Translations under genes and position numbers: made by a program
From: Raillietiella orientalis
Taxonomy: Eukaryota
Assembly (NCBI GenBank): GCA_036172245.1
Contig: JAYWIR010000031.1
Location: 806,001-870,000, forward strand
Reading direction: 5' to 3'
Length of the DNA: 64,000 nucleotides
Notes under the pieces: generated by a model
Seen by the model: the letters and a program-made list of their open reading frames with translations, nothing else
The model's database searches: none
Told to the model about the DNA's origin: nothing
Shown: piece by piece, positions 24,121 through 36,300 of the stretch
How the letters are laid out: every line of letters starts with the position of its first letter
Numbering within the stretch: position 1 is the stretch's first letter

Positions 24121-25450
24121 CTATTCTGCTGCCTTCTCAGAATTGCGCCCTCCATCTCTCAAGGGCTGACCGCTGCGTTTTTCCGGATGCAAGTAGGTTT
24201 TGGTTCTCTTTGGTATTTTTTCTGTGATGTGAGTCGAGGAGATGTCGCTAGCGTATCGGATGCATAAGGCCACCATCCGGTGGGTCATCCTCTCCGAGTG
24301 TGTCCTAGGGACTACAAAACCGTTCAGCACCTCTTCATTACCTGGATCCCAGACCCCGGTGCGCCAATAATGAGAGCTCGCATCCTGCATTGCTTCCCTT
24401 CCTTGCTTAGCTGGAGGGCCACTTGTATTTCTCCACCTTGTTGTTCCTGGCTGGACTCTTCCACCCTCGAACCGGCAGCAGATGCCCAGAACTGCTACGC
24501 CATTACCCTTCTGTAGTATCCGGTCTGGTCGCAAGAGGGACTATACTCCTGGAGCTCTCTGGTTAGTGGACATCAGGGTCCACTTTGCTTCATCCAGTGC
24601 GGCCATCCTGATTGTTTTCCTGGATCTCACCTTGTAGCACAGGCATGAAGAGACGATGGCACCTCTTGCAGGAGTTCAAGATATGAGGAAACGTTTCGTC
24701 CTTTGTCTGGCAGCGCTGACATGTGTGATCTACTAGTTTCCTCCTGGTCTCGGCCCTGAAGATTCAGCCGAAACCACGTGGATGAATTTATAATCTCGGA
24801 ACCTCAGATACTCTCCATTTGTGAGGAAGAAGCTTGAAGCATGAGCATGCCCACATACTGTATGGCCCTCCCCTGACTGAGGTGCTCTTGATCGAGGGAT
24901 TGCCATGCGTGCTCTCTCTGCGATGTCCTCACGCCAAAGGTAAATCTTTTTGTCATATCACTGCTGAAGATGATGCCGCGAATAGTCATTCTGGGCTCTC
25001 CACCAGTGAATTTTCAGCAGGTTATTTTTCTCCCCGAGGCTCTCCTTCCTTCTGACCACAAGCTCTCGATGTCCCTGCCATGCTGAGCGAATTTTCCCTA
25101 GAAAGCGACCGTCATCAACTACTCAAGATCCTCGTCTGATGGTTCGAGGATTCCCTTTCGGACCACTTCTTTAAGCATCTCCAGGGCCAATTTCTTGACC
25201 GCATTACCCGGAGAGGTGAGTTGTTTGAGACAGCTGTCCATGATGAACATGTCTGATTCATCTGCCAGCTTCATCAGTCCCAGGCAGCCTTTCCTTCTTT
25301 CTCCATATAGGTACTTATTGGCAGCCTGGGACATGCAGAGGAAAGAATCTTCACCTTCCATCGAATTTCTCCGTCTTTCTTTATCAAACGAAGACTGCAT
25401 CGTGCGGTGGTCTTTGCTGTTGTCGCGAATCTTGTGGGAGCTGCCAAGTT
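24121..25450 (-). mobile_element. 5'-truncated, decayed RLE-type non-LTR retrotransposon of the NeSL clade, Utopia-like
   Basis: Ordered motifs across stops and frameshifts: ANKYLYGERRKGCLGL..LADESD; GKFAQHGRDIESLWSEGRRA; SQGRA; SSFFLTNGEYLRFRDYKFIH..RLNL; CQRCQTKDETFPHILNSC (CCHC); LRPDRILQK (PD of the endonuclease); ARNNKVEKY; ALIIGA/GVWDPGNEEVL; IRYASDISSTHIT. Confidence 0.85.
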
Positions 25451-27899
25451 CCTCTAATGCTGCTTTCCGGTGCGGAAGGTGGTCGCGGTCGCATGTGTTC
25501 TGGAAGGATGCATGCGAGCGGTTAAGTCGCAAGGGTGTTTGCTGCTGCTACTCGTGAGCTCATTTAGCGGGAAGCAGACATCGGATTTTCCAAAGGAAGC
25601 CATGGTGCTTTCGGCCAGTAAATCTGCTAGAACATGCAGGAAATCTTGAAAAGAACGCAGAGGGAAAGAAAGAAGGTATGCGATGGAAAGTGAGATGTTC
25701 AAAGCAAGGCGAAGAGAGGACCGAAGGCAAGAGTTTCCGGAGGCGTTGAGGGAAGCGAGAAGGCAAATGAAAAGAAGACGCTTGTCCAAATACGGATAAC
25801 TACGGTAGCAGTGCAAGAAGTGAAACACAGCAGGTGCACTTTGCTGAGGATTTAGCTTGATCAGAGACTGGACTGCCCCTTTGATGCAAATGATTCCGAC
25901 AATCACGTTCACCTAAGAAGGTGGTCATCGATGATCCGAAAGACGGTCTGCAAGGGATGAATGAAGGCGAGGATCCTCAAAGAAACAGCTGCGAGCTTCT
26001 CGTGTTCTCAGCTGGACTGGAAGCATGACGTGAAGTGCCCTTTAAAATGCATCTCGTTTTCAAGGAAACCGAAAATCCAAGAACATGCCTACTGGCAGGC
26101 ACCCACGACTTGAGAGTGATGCGGAAAAAGTTTTCCAGGATTCCACTCGACTCCTAGCCAGAGGAGCTAATTGAGAAGCCAGACTAATCACGTGACAGAT
26201 TCCGGAGATAGCAAGGTAACTCGTGGAGAGAGATGGGTTGGCTTTTCCTCGAAAATGAAGCTAGCAAAAACAGTGAACCTTTAGATTCTTCGATTTCAAG
26301 AAATGATAAGAGGACAGAAGTGACGGAGTTCTCTTGCAGTTTGAACTCCGGGGAAGCAAAAAGCTTTCAAAGCAGTGTTGCTCTCGGAAGCCCTCCCAGG
26401 AGGTAATGGCTCCGCGTCCCAGCAGGATCACCTTTCAATTAGTTTATTACTTGGGATAACGACGACCAGTGAGTGAGGGAAAACACGACTTTTGGGGGAA
26501 GTTATGGAATGAATTAAGAACCATCTACGAAAGGCGCTTCCCAATCGAACGCCGAGTGAAGGACCAGATTTGGACAGCCTTCCAAACTCTGAAGACTGGA
26601 TCGATTTTTCTTCCGGAGTTCGTTCTTTACAGATTTCCGCTCTTTCGATAGTTCCCCATAGCTTTCATAACCCGAGGCTTTGGGAATTGATGCAAATGAG
26701 CCCACGGAAACGAAGAAAAACAAATCGGAAATTCACCGGATTGCCCGTCTTCTCAATCTGCTTCTCCTTTCATGTCGGTACTGTAATTGGTAACTCTGAA
26801 GGGCCGCGTGCTGATGCCCAGTATCTTGCTGCAGAGGCCTCACCTGCAGGAAAGATAAAACCACGGACTAAGCTGGAATCACCAGCGTAACCCCTTCCAA
26901 GAGAAGACAGAAATAAAATATAGTCGAAACGTTGTGTTCGTCGATGTGCAGCCACACCCGAGGTAAAAATCAGCGGTCACGTCATTCAATCTAGAGTAAA
27001 GAAGTCGGTGACTTCTTACTCTAGAACGGCACAATGGTGGGATAAAGATCAGTTCTTCCCGTCTTCAAAGCACGCAGATTGTCATGGATGTCGTGCGAAA
27101 TCAATGCAAACGCACAAGGCGTGGAAGATCTTGCAACCTTCTTCACAGATCACTTCACAGCCTCCGATCTAATAACGAAGGAATTTCTTGATAAGCACAT
27201 TAGGATTATTTGGGAGGGGAGGGGGACCTCCAAATCAGAATTGATTCCAAAGATCTCTTGTCAGGATCAATTTTTTTCATCAGTTCTTCCGTTTCTCTCA
27301 TCCTCTAGGGACGATCGGGAAACGAAACCTCAAAAATCGGATTTCAGGGGACGAGCGAAAAAGTTTGGTAGGTGGACGGAATTGGAGCCTCGCTGCAGCT
27401 CTGGTAACCTTGAGAGGAAACCAACAAAGCAGGACAATCAGCATGATGGTTGCTACCACCATCATCTTTGAAGCTTCAATTCTTCAAATCATTGCAGAGT
27501 GCTTCGCTCTTCAGTGTCATTGTGATTTTTTTTCACTCCTACTCGTCTGCGCCAACTGGACGAGTCCAGGCCAGGAACTTGGTAACCCTGCAGCCGGTGC
27601 GCGAGCGCTCGGGAGTAAGCCCCAGGAGAGATTGGTGAGTGGCCGGTGCGGTGCACGCTCAGGAGTCGAGCCACTCTTCCCGCCGGAGAGAGCTCGAGCA
27701 CGCGGCGGCTCGACGCACGAACCCGGAAGCCCGTCGTGATCGCGCGAGTCCGGGAACGCGGCCAGTCGGGAGGTGCTGGGAAGGCTCTCCCTCCAGGAGA
27801 GCCTTCCCAGCGGTTGCCCACGCACGCGGTAGGCGCTGCTGGTCCGGTGCTCCTCGGACTGGCGTTCGATCGGTTGCATCGCGAGCGGCAGGACAAAGT

Positions 27900-28330
27900 G
27901 CCGTCTCGTGTTTCCTGTGCTTCGGGGTTCCGTATCCTGGCAACCCCCCTCCCCCTCTCCTGTTCCGGGAACGGGAACCCGCTCCCTTCTTCGCGGGCTC
28001 GGGAGGATGCAACCGTCATTTTGCGCGCGCATCCCGTCGTGAGGAACGAGGGCATCTTCTCGCGCACCGGCTCGGCACCGTTGCGTTCCTTTTGCCGCCC
28101 GCCTCTCGACAGACAGACCGACCGCTGCACTCTCCGCTCCTGCTCGCTTGACTGAGTGGCCTTCGACGCGCGTGTCCGCAAGATGGTATGCGAGGTGTCC
28201 GCCGATTGTCTGCTTGCAACCTGGTCAACTGCAACCGTACTTTCCAAGTGCCGGGTCACATGATGCAGGCACAAAGGGAGCCGTCCTACCCCTCCTTCTT
28301 CTGCTTCTGCGTGCATGCGCGGTGCGCACG
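27900..28330 (+). pseudogene. Frameshifted extended-PHD (PHF6/PHF7/G2E3-like) finger remnant
   Basis: Across frameshifts and one TGA: SCFLC ... HLLAHR ... RVRKMVCEV/(C)RRLSACNLVNCNRTFQVPG...SFFCFCVH. This follows the ePHD Cys/His order, with several ligands lost. Confidence 0.42.
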
Positions 28331-31300
28331 GTTCCTGCTTGGCAGCGTGCTGGTAGAGCAAGGTTTCTTGCAGGCCTGCGGATCGTCCGAAAGCGGCGCG
28401 TCAGGACCCCCCTCCCACACGTGAAGCCGGGCGGACGGGGGGACGGCCGACTCCGAATTCACTGCGTATCCGGGAAGCGGTCGGCGATTCCTCTTCATCT
28501 TCAGTTGCCTGCCAACCTTTCTCGACGTCCCCTGCGTCGCCGCAGCAGCGAAGCAGTTGCTGCGGATGCCGATAAGCGGCACAGTGATGAGAGCGATCGA
28601 ATGGCACCGATCGGCAGCATCTCAAATTTCTCTCACTGTTGCTACCAATTCGGAGGCAGTACGGCACCTCTGAATAAGTTGGAGTAACTCCTAAGGCCAT
28701 AAGCATTTTCAGGAGGTTTCCTTGGTATCCTAGCGTTGCAGTGATTGCTGCATCACTTTGCAAACCGCTGTTTCCATGTGTATTTTGTTTTGTCTTTCTT
28801 TTCACATGTATTGTAACTTCGGCGACCACAGTTGCACTAATATGTAAAGGAGAGAGTCCTGTGGAGCAAGATCTATGAATTTTACATATGCCTTGGATAA
28901 TTATCGAAGGTCTATTGCCATGCCATCACATCTCTTATTATTCTCGTATTTCGAAAGCTAAATCAGTTGCTTCCGTTCGAAAAGAATGGTCCACAGAACA
29001 GAATATCTCTGCACTTCTTGCTTTTCCTTGTTTACTAAACAGCAGGTTGCATCATCGGTTTTGCAATATGGCAGAAGAAACGAAAACTCTGCTTTTCAGG
29101 AGCGTGCTTGTTTTAAACGTCACACTTATGAGAGGTGCCGTTCCTCTAGTTCATCTTATTCCTCTTACTCCTCTCATTTCGCCAAGTTCTATTTTTGTTC
29201 ACTCGAAATTTAACAGTATTTCTCCAACGAGCGGGGAGATTATCTGTTCGAGTAAAGTTGTGGACACTTTTACGCCACATGCCCTAAGGTCAAAAGCAAA
29301 TGTGCGCGCGCACTTCCGATTCAAATCGTATGGGTTAAATGACGTGCTGCTGAGGAATTAACTTTCGCTTGCCTCTAAGCATGATCCAGCTCGGATTTGG
29401 CTAGGCAGGAAGATCAGCATTCGACGAATAACTTTGATACGATTTGACACTTCCAGTGGCATACGAATCTGCTCGGTAATCCGATCATCGTGACTGTGGC
29501 TGGATCATTTAATGAAATGTGGTGGTCATTCAGCTTTCTATTGTTGGGATTGAGCAAATGTGAGTATCACCTTCTTCACCTTTTGTAAAAAAAAAATAAT
29601 AATAATTAGCGCCACCGAGCATTTACAAATATTATCACCCGACGTTAATGCGGGAGTGAAAATCTTTACGTTTAAGGGTTTGCCGTTTTGCACTTGCAGT
29701 GATGTTTGAGAGCACTCCTGTTGCGAATTTGCACCGCGCGAGGTTCCAAAAATTCCAAGAATGCGTCCCGAGTGTCCCGAAGGAGAACACTTCCTTCGAT
29801 TTGGCGTGTTTCGCTTCGAAACGGGAACAGCTGATACGTTCTCCCGCCTGTGCACTGTCCGTGATTTCGGGAATAGGGAACGTACAGTTCTAAAAGATGC
29901 TTCGACTCTCGAGCACAGGGTTACCGGAATGTGCTGTTGGCCTGGAAGATCGCAGCAACAATGCCTTGGCAACAGTGGCATCCTCATCGGTTGCTCTGGC
30001 ACTTGGGGGATGCGTGGTAGAGCATTGGACCTTGCGGCCTTCGGAGCGAATCATCATCAAAGATAAAGCGTTTTTCTTTTTTTTTTTTTTGGCTCAGACG
30101 AAACCGAGTCTTTCTCGGGGGTTGTGGTTAGTAATTCTCTTTATGTGGTTATTCCCCGTTTCCATCTCTACTATGGGAATCTTACCGTGTTTCCATTCAA
30201 GAGTACCTTTTTCAAGATGATTCGCCTGATTTTTCAAGACGATCTTCTCGATCTTTGGGGCTAGCAAGGAGAGAGAATGTTCCTGCAGCGGTGTGTTATG
30301 CAACTGGGTGAGTGTCACCACGCGATTCGCTCACTTTGAACTTTCTGGAGTTCTCCACGGACAAAAGGATAAGCTCCCAGAGAACTTTTCGAAACTAATC
30401 TGGGTTGAAAGAGTAAACGATATACCGTCTTTTGTAGAGGTCATGCTTTCCTCTGAAGGAAAGCCCGTGGCATTTTCGCCCATTCTTCTCGAAGATGAGA
30501 GTTTTCTGATTTTCGTTCGACGTCATCCTGATCCATTTCAGTTCGAAAAAGTGCATTTCTCCCTCCTCCTCCTCTCCGAAGCTAGAAAGTTTATTCATGC
30601 CTCGAGGACACCATTCATCTTTTCTCAATTAAACATCAGTAACTTCTTAAGGGGAGTCTTGACCTCCGAAATCACTGCTTTCCCTGCCAACAACCGTTTC
30701 AGATAACTGTATTCCAGTGACTGAGCTTCCTATCTGCCTTTTTTTGGTCTCTTAGGTAACGCAAAGGACGTTTACACGTTAGGCTTCATCGCAGACAAGT
30801 CAAAAGCTGACGTTTCGAAGCTGGTCTTTTCTTGACACGCTGCCATCTCCCCGCATTCATCCGAAATGAAGGTTCGTTTGAGATTCCTGGCTCGCGAATA
30901 TCCCAATATCGTGGCTCGGCAGCAGATGTGAACTTTCGAAGAAGTCGTTCTTGCAAGCTCTGGAGCGGGATGTGAAAAATTTCCGATGCGCGCAAATTGA
31001 AAAATAATAGCAACTAAGAAAGAAAAAAAAAATATGAAAACACTCTCCAACTTCGCGAAGAAAGACTTCCCGCATGCGTTTTTGTGACCTGACGAAGGTT
31101 TATTCGGTCCGCTGACCATGGCGGACAGCGCCTCGTTTGCACGCGCGCGAAACCAACGAGAGGAAATCAAGTGGGTGCAGACCCCGTCGTTAGCTCCTTA
31201 ACCGTAATTTAGAATAGGGAGTCCTGGCGGCGTCCGATTTCAGCGGCTCCTTTTTTCCACGGATGTTTCGCATCAGCTTACCTACAGACAATCCCCTTTT

Positions 31301-33241
31301 GTCTGGAGTGAAAATTGCCCGATGGGTTTTCTACATGGCCTCCCGGGCAGATCTGTTTCCCTGTGAAAGCACACGCGCAAAAAAATGACCCTTCGTCCCA
31401 CGGGATCCAGCGAGAAACCTTCGAAACTCCGAAGTGAACTAGTGGCGCGCTCGCTGTTGTTTACTCTTCCCATTGCGTTTTGACCACTGGCCGTGATTCT
31501 GAAGCCTCTTCAGAAGGTGCGCACTGGTGGTGCTGAGGTTTTGCTGGTCCGCTTTGAAAATTGATTTTGCCCTCTGGAGCTGCGCGTTTCCAGACGGACC
31601 CGGTCTTTGAAGTGCCAAACTTGCAGTGCACCTCGAAAGTGAGCCGAGATTAATGCAAACAGGAAAACCCTCAGTCGATTAAAAAGCGAGGTTGGGGGAG
31701 GTGATCTCGCCTCAGAAACTCGAGGGATAGAAAGAAATTCCACAAAGGAAAATAGGGACGGGAGAACGAGGATCACCGGATGCCTGCATGCCATCTCAAT
31801 GATTCTTCTCGATCTTCGGTGGAATCTCACGAGAAAAAAAAGCAAAAAAAAAACAAATCAGATTTTCGATGTCTTCTCGTTTCGAGCCGATTCCAGTGGC
31901 CATCGTCTCTGTTTGCTGTTCCTTGCGTATCGCGGAGGGTTCTGGGTAATTTCTCGAGAAGAGCCATCTGATAAGTTCCACACTCCCTCTCCTTTGAGAT
32001 GTTTCGCTGCAAGAGCAAGGAGGTCCTTTCCCACCTGCTGCAATGCAACAGGTTTTACTCTTCGCCAACATAAGAACACGTACGAGCCCCCTTCCGCGAT
32101 TCGGTCTATGGGTGGAATTATCTATTTATTGCTTTCGAACCGAATTCAATGCGTAAAAATGCTAAAAGGATTTGCATCTTACATGCAAAGCTGTATGAGT
32201 ATTTATCAAGGGTGGCGGAATGCTTGTTTGTATTGGTAACGTGGCTACTTCAGCATCTTTTCTTTGGAAATCACTTCGCTGCAACCAACACTGCGCCTCC
32301 AATGCCGCAGAGGGGAAGAAGGAATACGCTTACATTTATCCATTTTCGGTTCTTGTTGTTGCTGCCTTAGAAGTGTCAACACTTCGAAGGCCACTTTTTG
32401 TAATGGCGTGTCTTCTTGTCCGTCATATAGGTGCTCTCAGCAGTCTTCGTTTTGTAATAAAGCAGGGAGTTACAAGATTATTCTTGCATTTGATACAAGG
32501 TTCACAAGCGCTGAGCTTTGAAAGTAGAGCTGATCTTAAGGAGCTGTTTCTAGAAGGTGCAACAGAGAGGAAGATGAACTCTTTGCTCGTTGAGCCCTCC
32601 GCTGAGCATTCAGTTCTAAAATTTTGCCACATTTCGAAACCACGACCTTACGGTTGAATTGCTCATCATCAACTTCCTTCTGCTGTGATGATCTGCCTTT
32701 TAGTCTCTCCCTCAATTGATGTCAGATAATTTTTCTCACTCTAGTTTTGAAGAAGAAAAAATGCACAATATTGGGTTATTATGTCTGTAACCTGTTGAGC
32801 TCAGCATCACTCACACCTTTCACGAAAGCAACATTCACTGAGGGTCTTTTAGATGCTTTCCAGCGTAGTGCAATTTTCTGTCGTCTGGTCATTCCTTTGC
32901 TAGTGGTAGCAGTGTTGCAATGCCTACTAGCGCTGCAAGAGTGACCCCATTCCTACGCAATCTATCGTGTGAAGATGCTTCGGTATTTGAAGAAATCATG
33001 GGAAATCAAACTGAGACATGATTTTTGGTGAAATTCTGATATATGTTATTAATGTTTTATTGATTTCATGACAGATCTTGCATCATCGATAGTACAAGTC
33101 CTCCGGTATTGACCCATTACCATATTAAGAATGGAATGCTGCAATTAGTTAAATTCACACTTTGTCTTTTGGAATAATATGCCCTCAATATTGAGAATCT
33201 CAAATTCTACTCTGAAGAAGTGCCCAGATTCCTATGTATAC

Positions 33242-33361
33242 CTAATTCGAAAAGATCTTCCTGTGTCCTTTACTTTAATGGTGAACGAAGAACTTGAAGA
33301 ACAATTCGATCCAAGACCAATGTCGGAAAATGATTCGATGTCGGAGATGCTGTAGAATTCT
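33242..33361 (-). other. Isolated exon-like segment (120 nt, phase 2-2) of an unidentified gene
   Basis: Acceptor tttcttcttcacag, open frame EFYSISDIESFSDIGLGSNCSSSSSFTIKVKDTGRSFRI and donor AG|gtatac. No convincing partner exons were found. Confidence 0.25.
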
Positions 33362-36300
33362 CTGTGAAGAAGAAATTGTATTAGCAAGGTCATACCTCTG
33401 AAAAAAAAAAAAAAAAAAAATTTAGAAGACCTCAATTCTTTAAGGTATCGGTAAACTCCCTAAGAAGGGATTGCACATAATATACATTCCGTCTAAAAAA
33501 CACCTCCCCCCCATATTTATAGAATAGATGGCTCTTCATCAGGTGCTAAAAAATTATTAGAAGGCCACAGTTATGAATTTTCTAGGAGGATGTTTTTCCC
33601 AAGCTATCGTCGAATCCGCAAAGCAAATTTATACGTCATTCCTCCAGAAAATTTGAACCGCTCATTAAACTAACTTGTTGATAGAATGCATATTGCTAGA
33701 TTATTGATTAATCTTTTTTTTTTTTTTCCGACATTTGCGCTTTTCGAGAAGGAAAAGGAAGGGTTATTTATATTCCACGCTGCTGCTCAAAACAATTCAA
33801 ACGCTTGTGTTCAGCTGAGGAAACTCGGAGCTCATGTTTCTGTTCGTCAGAAGAGCAAAAGAATGGAGTTCCTGGAGGAGCTTTTTCACTAGACCGCACG
33901 TTGTTTGCAAGCCACAATTAGCAATGCAGCTGGCATTCTTCACATATTTGACCTCTCTGATTCTCCCTATGTGCTTCCATCATCAATAATGAATGCTCCT
34001 ACAGTTCCATGAACTTGAAGTGCATCCAAATAGTATCGAGGAATGCGCCTATCCGAACACTGGAAGCATTGCTTCATTGGTGACCCGAATTTCATCGAAA
34101 GGCGCACCTGCAAGGAACATATGGTTATTTCTTCTCGATCGGTAACTTCGGATTCGAATTGTAAGCTTTGCTGGATTTCAAAATGCAATCTGGACCATTT
34201 TTTAGATGGTTCAGATTGCTATCCGATTACCTCAGTTGGAATGCTTTAGGATGCCCCAGAATTAATTGCAGTTAATGCTTACTACTTTGATGTGAAAATG
34301 AAAATTCAAAATATGCAATCTCAGTTGAATTACACTTTGAGGATACCCAGCATGGTCATCAGCAAGTACCAGGAGGATTTTATTCTTCCTTGATCATTCG
34401 TAGGAGACAAAACAAAGTCAGTGTTAATGGTGATTTTATGTTGCTGGGAAAAAATATGAAGACATATGCAACTGTTCCGGTGTTTTTTTTTTTTTTTTTT
34501 TCCAAAAGAGAAACCATTATATCTTGATCAGAGAGGCAGTTTCTGATGGTAGCACTGCAATCCACATGTTTCGTCTGATCTTCTTTAGAGTCTTAGCAGT
34601 CAATTCCACATGCTTGTTTCTCCGAATATTTTCGCCCCTGCAGTTCTCACATGAACCTCTGGTTGCTGTGAAATTTATGAAGCCAATCTTTGGGTTAGGA
34701 AAGCTTAGGAAACAATTTTGGGGATCGATTCTCAACGACGAGTGACAGACGAATGAGGAATGGGCATAGGAGGACGCGTCCGTTTTGAGAAAGAACAAAC
34801 ATTCTTCTTTCTGAGAGTCGACTTTTCGTGTGACGTCGTGTTCGAGGGAAGGGAGGAAAGATGCCGATACCGAAAACGTGATGGCAACCGAGTGATGAAA
34901 CCCAACTTTTGCTTTTCACTTGTACAGCGAAGCGCAAGAGTTTGGTTTGAGTTGCGAGAAGGAGAAAGGTCACCGGGTTCAGATCGAAGGAAAAAGCAAA
35001 CCGAAGCACCAATGACTTCAGTTCAAAGGACGCGAAGGCAAACGTCATGGCGAGAGTCATGAATTGGGGTTCGTGGCGTTCATGCACAAAGGCCCGAGTC
35101 TTTTTGCATGACTTTGCGCCATGCAGCAACCGTCAGAATGGACACCAAGTACCGCTCAGGTCAAGCTGCTCCACTCCCTGTCTCACATCACTGTCCTGGA
35201 AATCATCTGCCATTTTCCTTGGGGTGAACAAAAATTTCGTTTTTCCTGAGCAAGCGTTTTCGTCTTCCAGTCGACATCGCAACGGTCCATGCATCTGTTA
35301 ACTTGACACAGGAGTGTGGTGGGCGCAGTTTGGAACTGTTTCTCCTAGAGCACTTATCCATCAATACACTTCTCTCCGTGTTGATAAGGTTTCAGGCATA
35401 TCGATAGGCCAAAGCGATTCTTTTCTCTGAGAAGAGTAAATAGGGTTCAGGGTGACTTGCACCCAACATTTCGTCTTCCTATAGGAGGAAGATTCGTAGC
35501 TACAGGTTCCGCTTTCAGAATCCGGGTTGCATCCGTGTTACTCAATTTGAGATTGCGTTTCTAATGGTCAAGTGGGTTGCAAGGGTGAACCACGTAGGCA
35601 CTCCAGTTCTGAAGCACGAACACATCGTCGTGGACTTCGTAACGGCGCAAACACGTTCGAAGCACAGGATCCCATTTGGCCTTTTAATTTCCCAGAGAAA
35701 ACACCAACCTTAGACTGCTTATCCATTTGATCCATAGAAATAGTGAATTTGCGCCCCTGCTATCGAGATTGCAAAACTTTCAAATGACTTCGAAGCTCCG
35801 AACTGCACGAAATTGGTTGAGGTTGCCTTTTCCTTCCAGCGGATCGCAGAAACTGGAAAGAGAAGACGTTTAGCTTTCCTGGTTCCTGCAGGATTCTCCT
35901 GGATATTGAGTTTTTCTAGATCCCGACGCAAATGACGAATGACCTTCGAAGCAACGCAATACTTAGCAACGCGAAGTTCTTTCTCGCTATCTCCAAATCA
36001 AAGTTTTCTCCGTGTCGTATAACAAGATTCATGAATCTACCGCAAAATTTGCTGTGTTTTCGAACACTTCATCCATCACATCTTCGCATACTACCATGGA
36101 ACACTCTGCAATTTTCCAAGAGTCCGACGACGGTTTATCATCATCCGCACCGTCGCGGCGAGTTTTTCTGGAGTGCCGCATCGCAACGTTGGTTGCTATT
36201 CGTGATGTGCAGTTGCGCTACTGCAATGCAAGAGGTCACCAGTCGGTGGTCGTCGACGGTTGAAGATATCCTCCTTGCCGTTTTATCCTTCATGTGTGAC

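Noticed and set aside
34040..34250. LINE zinc knuckle (CKLC...LDHFL...C)
   Set aside because: An isolated motif with atypical spacing and no supporting neighbouring motifs.
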